DNA from: Octopus sinensis
Lineage: Eukaryota
Reading direction: 5' to 3'
Length of the DNA: 44,435 nt
NCBI RefSeq assembly: GCF_006345805.1
Contig: NW_021834893.1
Span: 1-44,435 of the forward strand
A program made the position numbers and the translations under genes. This document shows, one piece after another, positions 1 to 12,543 of this stretch (position 1 is its first letter; every line of letters starts with the position of its first letter). Below the pieces are notes generated by a model. That model saw only the letters and a program-made list of their open reading frames with translations. It was not told where the DNA came from and searched no databases.

Positions 1-470
1 ATACATAAAGATAGACAGATATAGATATAAAGATATATATATATATATACCCACTACTTCTGTATATTTACATACATAGACGTAATTAATTATCCATATA
101 TAATATTATATGCATACACACACACACACACACATTATGCATGTATATGTGTATGTAGGAAATAAATAGACAGATAGATGGATGGATGGATAGACAGACA
201 GACAGACAGACAGACAGCTAGCTAGATACATACATACATACATACACGCATGCATGCATGCATACATACATACTACACTCATACATACATACTTGCATGC
301 ATGCATGCATGCATATATACATGCATGCATATATACATACATGCATATATATAGAGAGAGATAGACACATACATACATACATACATACTACATACATACA
401 TACATACATACATACATACATTGATAGAGAGATAGACAGTGAGACAGACTGACTGACTGACAAACAGACC
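1..470. repeat. Compound microsatellite: (GATA)n, (CA)n, (GACA)n, (TACA)n/(TGCA)n
   Basis: Directly visible tandem 2-4-mers. Confidence 0.9.
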
Positions 471-829
471 CACAGGCAGACAGGCAGGTAAACTGATGGA
501 GGATCACATATTCAGGTATGTGAAAAATCAATACTAGGTGTTTATTGCAAAAAAATCGTTTGTTGTTGATCGAACTGTGGTGCTTTCATTTTACATATTC
601 ACCACATCATGCCTTCGCATACCCTAAAGAGACATGTATTTTCCAACTAATGCACACCACACAGAAGCACAAACACTATGTTTCTTCGCTATACACGGAC
701 CCATACATGTGTACACAAACACACGTGTACACATCATTGATAGTGATAAATGTATATATTGAATGCATGTGGTTCCGGAATCCATCTCGGCCTTATACTT
801 TTTAGTTTCTCCGTGTCTTCTTTATCCTT

Positions 830-909
830 TCACACACACATACACACACAAATACACACACACACACACATATATATACATATATACATATATACATATG
901 CACATTCAT

Positions 910-940
<31 letters not shown>

Positions 941-975
941 CAGTTTTATATAGAGAGAGACAGGCAGATAATTAC

Positions 976-1019
<44 letters not shown>

Positions 1020-1249
1020 AGAGAGAGAGTAAAATATATATACATATATATATATGTATATACAAACATGTGTGTCTATGTGTGTGAGTATGTATGTATT
1101 CATGTATAATACCACTATTTCTTTTCCTTTCGCCACACATACACACACGCGGGTATATAACGCACATATGTTTATATATTTGTGTATATCTATCTATCTA
1201 TCTATCTATCTACTATCAAGCTATCTATCTGTATACCTATCTATCATCA

Positions 1250-1286
<37 letters not shown>

Positions 1287-1335
1287 TATATATATATATA
1301 TATATATATACATGTGTGTGTGTGTGTGCGTGTGA
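830..1335. repeat. Compound microsatellite: (CA)n, (TA)n, (GATA)n, (TATC)n, (CT)n, (GT)n
   Basis: Directly visible. Confidence 0.9.
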
Positions 1336-1494
1336 ATACATCTATATGTACATATGTAAGTGTATAAGTATATACACATGTGATTATATGCTATGTGCGC
1401 CGAGTACACCACAGCTCAGCTGTCTGTGTTAGCCAGCAACACATCTACCTCACAACGTAGGATGTTTTTTTTTTCTTTTTCAACCTTCCTTTCA

Positions 1495-1815
1495 GCACCA
1501 CCATCACAACCACCACTACCACTACCACCACCACCACCTCCACCACCTCCACCGCCACCAGTACCACCACTTCCATCACCCCCACCATCAATTTGCCAGC
1601 AACACTTTCTGCCGTCAAACTCTGCCGCTCTTGTCATAACAGTACGGCGATGTTGTTATCCAACTCTTTCTTCTTCTTCGTCTTCTTCTTCTTCCCTTCC
1701 GTCCACCTCATTTTTTTTTTTCTTTCTTAAGCGAAACATGGAAACTCTGTGCAGGACAGCTCCAGTTATAAACAACAAGCAGCGGCAGCAGCAAAAGCAG
1801 CAGCAGCGGCGGCAG
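1495..1815. repeat. Trinucleotide low-complexity block: (CCA)n, (TCT)n, (GCA)n
   Basis: Directly visible; accounts for the polyP/polyS/polyQ and polyG ORFs. Confidence 0.85.
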
Positions 1816-2586
1816 CAACCGATTCACCGCTCACATGTCAGAAGGACTGTTGTAATAATAGCACCGGCGAAATAATAATAATATTAATAACTATGAGCGT
1901 TAATATATATACAAACCGGGATACAAAATTGGCGGGAGGGAGCAGTCAGTTTTAATTATAATACCTCGATTATCTAATTAGTTTCAATTTTTTTCCAAAT
2001 ATCTTTACAAACCTGGACTATGAAATTAATGATCTTACTTCGATGGATAATTTCTACATACTTGGATTAAGTTAAACAGACGGAGTACTCAACGTATATT
2101 TTCCGTGCACATATACATATATACATACATATATATATATATATATATACGTTCATACATATATATCATACACAGGAATAGAGAGCTTTTCCTTCTCTAC
2201 TGTAGATGACACGTGCGTAAACAAAATACACATGTTCTAATCAGTAAAACAGAATCGTTTCACCTTCCGAGACACGATACTATTAGAAAATTCTAATACC
2301 AGTGGATTTTTCCTACAAGACAACTACGGTTACGCATAAACGACAATAGGCACCCGGATCGCGATTATTAAGGAAACCTGGAGCCAAAGAGGTATGTTCT
2401 GCGTTGTCGCCCGACAAAATAGAGATCACAGTTAAATCTTCTCCCCGAGCTTCTTACAGTTTTCTCAGAAACAAGTTAGAGCAATTTGAATAATGTAGCC
2501 GTAAGTTAAGTTTTATGTCTGAATAAAAGAGAGAATGGTCACGGCTAGAATGCATTTGATTATAGGACTGCTGGATCAGGGATGAC

Positions 2587-2796
2587 CTGGGGTTAAATAG
2601 CACACACACACCAAAAGCAACAACAGCTACAAAAGGAATTCTAAATAATGTTAACCAAGAATATTAAAAAAAAATATAAGATATTGATGTCTGTAACAAA
2701 TCGGACAACGATCAGGAACTAGTAAACATTTGAAAGATAATTGACACGTGTGTTGGACAACCCAACTACATAGATCATACATGCATACATAAGGTA

Positions 2797-2843
<47 letters not shown>

Positions 2844-3049
2844 TTATCTATTTATCTACCTATATATATATAATTATTATTTGAGGGAATAAAATCCAAA
2901 CTTACAAGGAAAAAAATTCAATTTAGAAATATATATATATATATCTATATATATATTATATATATATATATATAAAATACGTATAGACAGACACACACAC
3001 AACAAGCATCACACAAATATATAGATATATCTATCAATCACTCTCTCTC

Positions 3050-3087
<38 letters not shown>

Positions 3088-3430
3088 GTGCACACACACA
3101 TATTTGTGCGTGTGTCTATTTATATAAATATCATATACACATGCATATATATATATATATAATCATATAGAATGTAATTACTTTATATAAAAGAGACAAA
3201 TAAGTATACACAACAGCAAATAAATATATAACATTCACGATAAGATATATCATTAATTACATAATAACACAATACAGTTGAACACACTTGGGGATAAATA
3301 ACATACGCCAAAAGCAACAGCAGCCACAAAAGGCATTCTAAGTAATGTTAACCAAAAGAATATAAAAACAAAAAAAAATTAAGATATTCAGGTGTATATG
3401 GATTAAGAAAAATAGACCACGTGTTGGAAA
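2587..3430 (+). repeat. Diverged direct repeat pair (~2587-2758 and ~3288-3428)
   Basis: ccaaaagcaacaacagctacaaaaggaattctaaataatgttaaccaa versus ccaaaagcaacagcagccacaaaaggcattctaagtaatgttaaccaa. Both continue to aagatatt and then cacgtg(tg)ttgga. Confidence 0.8.
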
Positions 3431-4989
3431 ACTATTAAGCAATCCAAATTACAGCGAGGAAAAATACAAAAGTGTTGCCTAATGCATATAAACATCCTAT
3501 CCACATGCAATCGTAGAACTTATATATAAATATATTCTAAATACACACACACACACACGCAAATCGATACAAGTGAAGAGTGATACCCATACATACACAA
3601 GTATATACTAATATATATATAACTTCCGTACAGTATATATAGAATATATATATATATTATGTATAGAGATATATATATACAAATGACGTGAATTTGTTAC
3701 CCAGGTATCGGTTAACCGAATTATCCATACTAAGATAATTCATTCAACTACTTAAATATATATATATATATATATATATAGAAGTGTTTTATATACATCC
3801 ATATACATACATGTCTGTAATATCATCGCTCTGGAAATTTAAAAATGCACCTAATACATACGTAAAAGAATGTTAACTTTGGTTTCTTCTCTGTAAGAAA
3901 GAAAAGGAAAAAAAAGTTTTCTGTTTGTCAGCGTTAGTCAATTGTCTCTTTGTTTTCTTTTTAATTTGATTATATGTTTTTTTGTTTCTTCCTTTTCTTC
4001 TCCTTCTTTCAAACTTCTGTGATTCTTCATTCAGTGGAGATAAATTAACTGAAATTAAGAAATAATTTCATGAAATAAAACAAAACAGAAAAAGAGAGAG
4101 TGAAATTTAATACAAACTCAAAGAAACCTAAGGAAACAAAGATATCTGTAACAACAAACAATAGCAGTAGCTAAAACAACTGTAAGAAAACCAACACCAA
4201 TTAACCAGAATTTTTTTCCTCTAACTCTCTCATTCTCTTTTTTATTTTATAATTTTATTTAAAAGATAACAAAAACTTTACGCATAAAAGAACTCCGGTA
4301 CTACAAACGCTTTATTAATTACAAGTAAACTCTTGCTTCCATTTTAAATTTATTTTTTATTTTCTTCCATTTTAATTTAATTCTACAATACTTGTTGCTG
4401 CTGTTACTGCTGTTAAAGTCGTTGCCACTGTTTAGTGTTGCTGTTGCTGTTGTTGGTATTTTTTGTTTCTTGTTGTTAATGCCGTTAATATTGGCAGCAG
4501 CAGCAGCGGTGCTGCTGCTGTTGTTACCGTTGCTTCTGGGATTAGCATTTTGAAGTTATTGTTGTTGTTGTTGTTGTTGTTGTTGTGGCTGTGGTTGTTT
4601 ACTTACTTAGATAACGAGACAATGAACGAAAGTGGAGGTATAAATAAAAAAAAAATACGAGGAAAGGATTTTTAATTTCACACAATGTTCATTGAGGAAA
4701 TGGAGCAGACGAAATTTTTAACTAACGATTTGTATTCTCCGGAATAAGCTAAGTGGAAGACAACACCGCAAAAACATACAAAAAAAGCAACAACAACAAC
4801 AACAACATTAATTATACTTACATACACACCATCACATATATACATACGTGTACATATATTTATATATATATATATCCATGCATACATACACACACACACA
4901 TATATATACATATATATATATATGAAGGTTGTAGGAATGATAATATAAGACGTGTATTCACAAGACGTATGAAAACGTTTACACCAGCA

Positions 4990-5450
4990 GTAGTGGATGA
5001 GTGAAAGGAATCTCGTCTACCCAACCATTTTAAATCCATCCCCCCCCGCCAGCGCACACGGTCTCTTTCCCTTCTCTCCATCTCCCCCCTCTCTTTCACT
5101 CGCACTTTCTCTCTCTCTCTCCTCACACACACATACACGTACGTACGCACACTCACCAGTAGTCACATACGAGTACATACCCATACGCACTTCAGACACA
5201 GTTTTGGTACACTCCCACTCATACTTATATATCCAATAGCATTTTGTTATTTTACGTGCGTTAAAGTTTTGTGAAACTTTATTATTCGCGGTGAATGGAC
5301 AGTCCTACAGAGATCCGGCAAAGATTTTTACTATTTGTAATGTGAACTTCTAAGCACTGATAAACTATTACCGGCTATGAAGAGGGAATTCAAAAGATTA
5401 TATAAAAGAACCTTCACAAGAATAGGATGAATATACACTAACAACAGTAA
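4990..5450 (+). promoter_or_regulatory. Possible promoter / 5'UTR exon region of HS3ST
   Basis: C-rich CCCCCCCGCC motif near 5040, (CT)n/(CA)n tracts, then non-repetitive sequence 450-900 bp upstream of the ATG. Positional inference only. Confidence 0.2.
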
Positions 5451-5451
5451 T

Positions 5452-5454
<3 letters not shown>

Positions 5455-5529
<75 letters not shown>

Positions 5530-5541
5530 TATATATAATAT

Positions 5542-5574
<33 letters not shown>

Positions 5575-5652
5575 CATACATACATACATACATACACACA
5601 TACATACATACATACATACATACATACATACATACATACATACATACGTATA
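5455..5652. repeat. (TA)n + (TACA)n microsatellite
   Basis: Directly visible. Confidence 0.9.
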
Positions 5653-5738
5653 TGAAGCATTTTCCTTCATAAATAAGGACAATTTTTTTAAAAACGTATT
5701 TAGCACACGTAAAAAAAAAAACATCTCGTGCACGTTTA

Positions 5739-5883
5739 ATGAATCCACACTTCTCTTCATGGTCGTGCAACCGCCTTCACTTATCAGCGTGTGTTGTTTA
5801 CCTGAACTCTCATCTTCCCTGGTTCAATACAAGCTGATTTTCTAAAGAAGAAACGGAACACTTTGCAGTTTATGGCTATGTAG
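5739..5883 (+). promoter_or_regulatory. Candidate uORFs: 5739-5837 (32 aa), 5759-5845 (28 aa), 5872-5883 (M-A-M-stop, in frame with the main ATG)
   Basis: ATG and stop codons read directly. Functional only if this segment is in the mRNA, which is not known. Confidence 0.3.
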
Positions 5884-7596
<1,713 letters not shown>

Positions 7597-7874
7597 TAAG
7601 TGGAGAGTTTTAATTAATTTCAAATTGCAGCATAATAATTTGTTTTATAGTTGCCATTACTGTAAATACTGTGAAGGTCGTAGATGAACAGAATTTGTCG
7701 GAACGTCGGACAAGCTACCTAGCGACATCTAGTCACGGTTTCTTTCGTCCTCAGTTCAAATCCTTTCATCACTTCGGAATCGATAAATTAATGCACCAGT
7801 CAGGTATTAAAGACAGTAATATCGATAAAAACTGCCCAATAAAATTATTGTCCACTGCCAAGACTTGAAACAAT

Positions 7875-7905
7875 TATCATCATCATTATTATTATATTAT
7901 TATTA

Positions 7906-7938
<33 letters not shown>

Positions 7939-7974
7939 CATTATTATTGTCATTATCATTATTATTATTATTAA

Positions 7975-8066
<92 letters not shown>
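7875..8066. repeat. (ATT)n + (AGT)n microsatellite
   Basis: Directly visible. Confidence 0.9.
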
Positions 8067-8071
8067 TTGAA

Positions 8072-8276
8072 GGCGGTGAGTTGGAAGAATCGTTAGTACG
8101 CCGGGCGTAATGCTTAGCTGCATTTCGTCCGTCTCCATATTCTGAGTACAAATTCTTTGACTTTGACATTCCTCATTTCGGAGTCGGTAAGATAAGTTCC
8201 ATTCGAGCACAGGGTTCGATGTAATCGACTTAACCACTCCTCCGGAGTTGCAGGCTTTGTGGTTATAGTAGAAAGG

Positions 8277-8321
<45 letters not shown>

Positions 8322-8812
8322 GTTTTTGTTGTTGTTGTTGTTGTTGCTGTTGTCATCGAGGCCGTGAGCTGCCGGAATCGTTATCATACCGGACACAATG
8401 CTTAACAGCAATTCGTCTACCTTAACGTTCTGAGTTCAAATTCTGCTGAGGTTGACTTGACTTTCATCCTCTCAGGGTCGATAAAATAATTACCTACTGA
8501 GCAGTGAGGTCGATGTAATGGACTTGCTTCCACCCCCAAACTGTCAGGATAGTTTATATGCTAGAAAGGGTTATTTTTATTATCAAGGCGGCAAGCAGGA
8601 AGAATCGTTAGCACGCCAGTTAAAAGGTTTAGCGGCATTTCTTCCAGTTCCTCACGCCCTGTGTTCACATGTTACCGAGGTCAACCTTGCCTTTCATTCT
8701 TCGGAAAGTTGGATGCTGGGGAGATAAAACGTGTCCCAGTTGATAACTAAGTTCGACATAATCAACCTTCTCATCCCCTCATAATTTCTGGCCTTGTGCC
8801 AAAGTTGTCTTT
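8072..8812 (+). mobile_element. Three tandem diverged copies of tRNA-derived SINE family B (8072-8279, 8359-8575, 8587-8812)
   Basis: Each resembles ggcggcgagctggcagaa.cgttagcacgccggg...gttctgagttcaaattc...ctttcatcc...gtcgat (A-box-like and B-box-like motifs). The first two are separated by (ATT)n/(GTT)n. Confidence 0.8.
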
Positions 8813-8863
8813 GATACATGAGGTCCCGTGACCATGTTAGAAAGCACTGTTGATGTCATTAAA

Positions 8864-9277
8864 GGCGGCGAGCTGGCAGAAACGTTAGCACGCCGGGCGA
8901 AATGCTTAGCGGTATTTTGTCTGCCACTACGTTCTAGGTTCAAATTCCACCGAGGGCGACTTTGCCTTTCATCCTTTCGGGATCGATTAAATAAGTACCA
9001 GTTACGCACTGGGGTCAAAATAATCGACTTAATCCGTTTGTCTGTCCTTGTTTGTCTTCTCTGTGTTTAGCCCCCGGTGGGTAGTAAAGAAATAGGTATT
9101 TCGTCTGCTGCTACGTTCTGAGTTCAAATTCCGCTGAGGTCGACTTTGCCTTTCATCCTTTCGGGATCGATTAAATAAGTACCAGTTACGCACTGGGGTC
9201 GATATAATCGACTTAATCCGTTCATCTGTCCTCTTTTGTCCCTCTGTGTTTAGCCCCTTGTGGGCAGTAAAGAAATA
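8864..9277 (+). mobile_element. Dimeric SINE family B (full unit 8864-9094 + 5'-truncated unit 9095-9277) with a 22-bp TSD
   Basis: The second unit restarts at ggtatttcgtctg (equivalent to 8911). Flanks: agaaagcactgttgatgtcatt (8839-8860) and agaaagcactgttgatttcatt (9278-9299). Confidence 0.9.
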
Positions 9278-9578
9278 AGAAAGCACTGTTGATTTCATTG
9301 TTCTTGCTCCTGTTATTTAGTCCTGGGTCATCTGTCTGTCATTCAAGACGTTCCTTCAGCATCCAACTTGTTTTAACAAGCATAGTGTATCGAGGATAAC
9401 ACTATTTAACCGGGAATTAAATAAATTTGAAGAGCCCTATGAGATCAAATTTAGGGATTTCAATTTGGAAGCTATTTTTTTTTTATTTATGTTGAACATT
9501 TTTTAAATCATTATTTGCACTGTTTTTGTTCGATTTATTGCCCTTAGTGTTAATTTTAATGATTGCTAATGTTAAAGA

Positions 9579-9925
9579 TTGGCCGTATGATTCGGAAGCT
9601 CCCTTTGCAACCACGTGGTTCTGAGTTCAGTCCCACTGCGAGATACCTTGAGCAAATGTCTTCTACTTAAGCTCAGAGACTACTAATGCTTTATGAATAA
9701 ATTTCTTTAATGGAAACTGTGTGGAAGCTCGTCATATGTGTGTGTTTCTTTCACTCTCCATTTATCAGTCCGTGTTGGCTTGCTTACGTTCCTGTAACTA
9801 AGCGATTCGGCAAAAGCGACCAGCCTTAAAAATATGTATTGATGTCCTTGAAAAGATTGAACACTTCAAGGCATTGCTCCAGTGTGTCCGCAGTCTAATG
9901 ACTGAAACAAGTAAGATATTAAAAG
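9579..9925 (+). mobile_element. Diverged full-length SINE family A
   Basis: Head gagttcagtcccactgcg, body ggaaactgtgtggaagctcgtc, tail ccgcagtctaatgactgaaacaagtaa. Confidence 0.75.
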
Positions 9926-10579
9926 CAAAAGAAATGGGTCCTTTTATCCAGTAATGGAGACAGGCTGAGTAAAATACAAGGGGAAATTAGGCAAAATCAT
10001 TATGTTAGGGCAAAAGCTGTTGTATAGAAGTATTTTAATTTTAGGCAATTCATAGCGTTACATACAATGCACATTTTTTTTTTTATCATATAGGAGAAAT
10101 AGTAATGGGGAACCGGTAAAAGGCATAGATATAGAAAAACGATTGAGGAACACTGATCTAGAATAGCTAAGCTGATAGTATAAATGAATGGGTAATCTGG
10201 GTTCGGCAGTCTCGGAAGACTAACAGAAGATAAACTCCGATAATAAACCCTTACTGCTTGGGAGTACCTGCGAAGAGATTATAACTAATGGAACTAACAC
10301 CGACAATAGATCAGGTGAAAAGAGTACTAATAGCCTATCGACAACCTTCAACCCGAAGATAGCATGAAGTTGTGTTCGATTGTGTCTAAGGCCACCGGCA
10401 ATCCGCTATGAAGATGAGAATACTCATTCACTCATTCACTCATTCATCCATTAATTCGTTCACTCATTCAGAGAGGGATTTCAATAACATTAGGCGATTA
10501 TTCTCCAGCAAGTCAAGTGATCGCTAATTGGTTCCGTCGTTGATTTGTTCGGAATTATTTACTTCATTAATAAATGGTC

Positions 10580-11015
10580 TTCTATGAAAATCGTTAGCAT
10601 GCCGGATAAAATGCTTAGTAGCATTTCGTCCGTAATTACGGTCTAAATTCAAACTCCACCGAGGCCGAATTTGCCTTTCACCGTTTTGGGGGTCGATAAA
10701 ATAAGTACCAGTCGAAACCCGAGGGCGGTGTAATCGACTATCTCTGCTCCCCCAAAATTTCAAGCTTTGCGTCTATCGAAGAAAAAAATATTAATAATGC
10801 TTTCAAGACGGCGAGCTAACAGAACTATTAATGGAGTTCCCACTTGTGAGGTAGATGAGAGAAAAATTAGTACATCAAACAAAATATTTAGCAGTTTTTG
10901 TTTCTTTGTTCTTGCTTTCTGTTACGAGTTCGAATTCCTCCGAGGTCAAATTCACCTTTCATCCTTCTGGGCTCGATAAAATAATGTACCAGTAAATTAG
11001 AGGTCGATGATATGT
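10580..11015 (+). mobile_element. Two diverged SINE family B copies
   Basis: aatcgttagcatgccggataaaatgcttag...ttcaaactccaccgagg...gtcgataaaataagtaccag, then gacggcgagctaacagaa...gagttcgaattcctccgaggtc. Confidence 0.7.
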
Positions 11016-11715
11016 TTTTGTGTGCTTATTATCATCGTTATTGTTCAAACATTACAATCTTCAACGCATTCCAAACATGATCATTCTATTCATGTTTGTA
11101 TTATGCCATACCTGTACTCTCGTTTTTTATATAAAACAAAACTGGCGTTTGATTTGAGGACGATTTGGCTGTAGTTTCTAATAAAACAAACGACCACATT
11201 GAAGTTCCTTTGCTGCTCGTTATTGGTGTAGTTTTTAGCTCTATGTCTATCGTGATGGAGAAGAACCTATGATAAATGTCGATCCGTAGGTGACCATCCA
11301 TTTTTCTGCATTAGTAAGCGTATGGTTTCAGAAAACGGCGAAGTTGTTGCAAGTTGTTGATATACCTGTGTGTTGTAAAACAGAACTTGTTGATCCATGC
11401 AGATAATATACCAAATCCATGTTTGTGTAAGTATAAAGATACTAACCCAAACATGGATTCATTTCAATCTAATGAAATTCAGAAAGGTATGAATTACATA
11501 CAAATTCAGTTTCTCCTCTTTTTAAAGTTTTATAGAATATACGCTCTGAGAAAATATCATAATCACCCTCCTCTTCCCCTTCCTCCTCTTTATACTCATC
11601 CTCAGCCAAGTTGTCGCCGTTGTGCCATCATTGTTATCGTCTTCTTTGTCATCGTCTCCTTCATCTTTACTCACGTCCTCCTTCTTCCTCCTCCTCTCAT
11701 AATAATAATAGTAAT

Positions 11716-12318
11716 AATCCTTTCTACTATAGCCACAAGGCATGACATTTGGCGGGAGGGATCAAGTCGATTTCATCCACCCCAGTTCTTGAATGGTAAT
11801 TATCATATCTACCCCCGAAATGATGATAGGCAAAGTCGACTCCGGCGGAATTCGAACTCAGAATGTAAAGACGGACGAAACACATTTTACCCCGCTCGGT
11901 AACGATTCGGCCAGCATGCTGTTTTAATAATGATAATCGTGGTTTCACATTTTGGTACAAGGCCAGCAATTTGTGGTAAGCGGCCAAGTCGATTATATCA
12001 ACCAGAGTGTTCAACTGGTACCTGCTTTATCCCTCCCGAAAAGATGAAAAGCAAAGTCGACCCCGGCAGAATTTGAAACCAGAACGTAAAGACAGACGAA
12101 ATGCCGCTAAGCATTTTGGCCCGCATGCTAACGATTCTGCCTGCTCGCCGCCTTAATGATAATAACGGAAATTTGAAATTTTGGCACAAAAGGGGATGAA
12201 AGGCAAAGTCGACCTCGGCAGAATTTGAACTCAGAACATAAACACAGACGAAATGTCGCTAAGCATTTTGCCCGGCGTGTTAGGATTCTGTCAGCTCGCG
12301 GCCCTAGTAGTAGTAGTA

Positions 12319-12363
<45 letters not shown>

Positions 12364-12480
12364 TAATAATAATAATAATAATAATAATAAGAATAATCTT
12401 TTCTACAATAGGCACAAGGTCTGAAATGTTGGGGAGGGGTACTAGTCAACTAGCTCGACCCCAGTTTTTCACTGGTACAT
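11716..12480 (-). mobile_element. Four SINE family B copies/fragments in reverse orientation (11716-11925, 11943-12152, 12178-12303, 12394-12480)
   Basis: Reverse complements of the family B head (gaatttgaactcagaac...gctaagcatt...ctcgccgcc) and tail (tttctactatagccacaagg). Confidence 0.8.
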
Positions 12481-12503
12481 CCGAAATGGTGAAAGGCCAT
12501 AGC

Positions 12504-12543
<40 letters not shown>
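12305..12543. repeat. (AGT)n/(AAT)n microsatellites interleaved with SINE pieces
   Basis: Directly visible. Confidence 0.85.

Noticed and set aside
106-1412. ORFs such as MYVCMYV.., IYIYIY.., HTHTHT.. here and throughout the window
   Set aside because: Stop-free translations of di- and tetranucleotide microsatellites; no protein signal.
1393-1875. 160-aa polyP/polyS/polyQ ORF and the antisense polyG ORF as proteins
   Set aside because: Explained by (CCA)/(TCT)/(GCA) repeats; no domain or splice support.
8072-9299. Regularly spaced repeats as a CRISPR-like array
   Set aside because: Eukaryotic context; units are 200-bp SINEs with Pol III boxes and TSDs, and there are no cas genes.
11354-11902. 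182-aa ORF
   Set aside because: Runs through low-complexity sequence and a reverse SINE; no homology signal.
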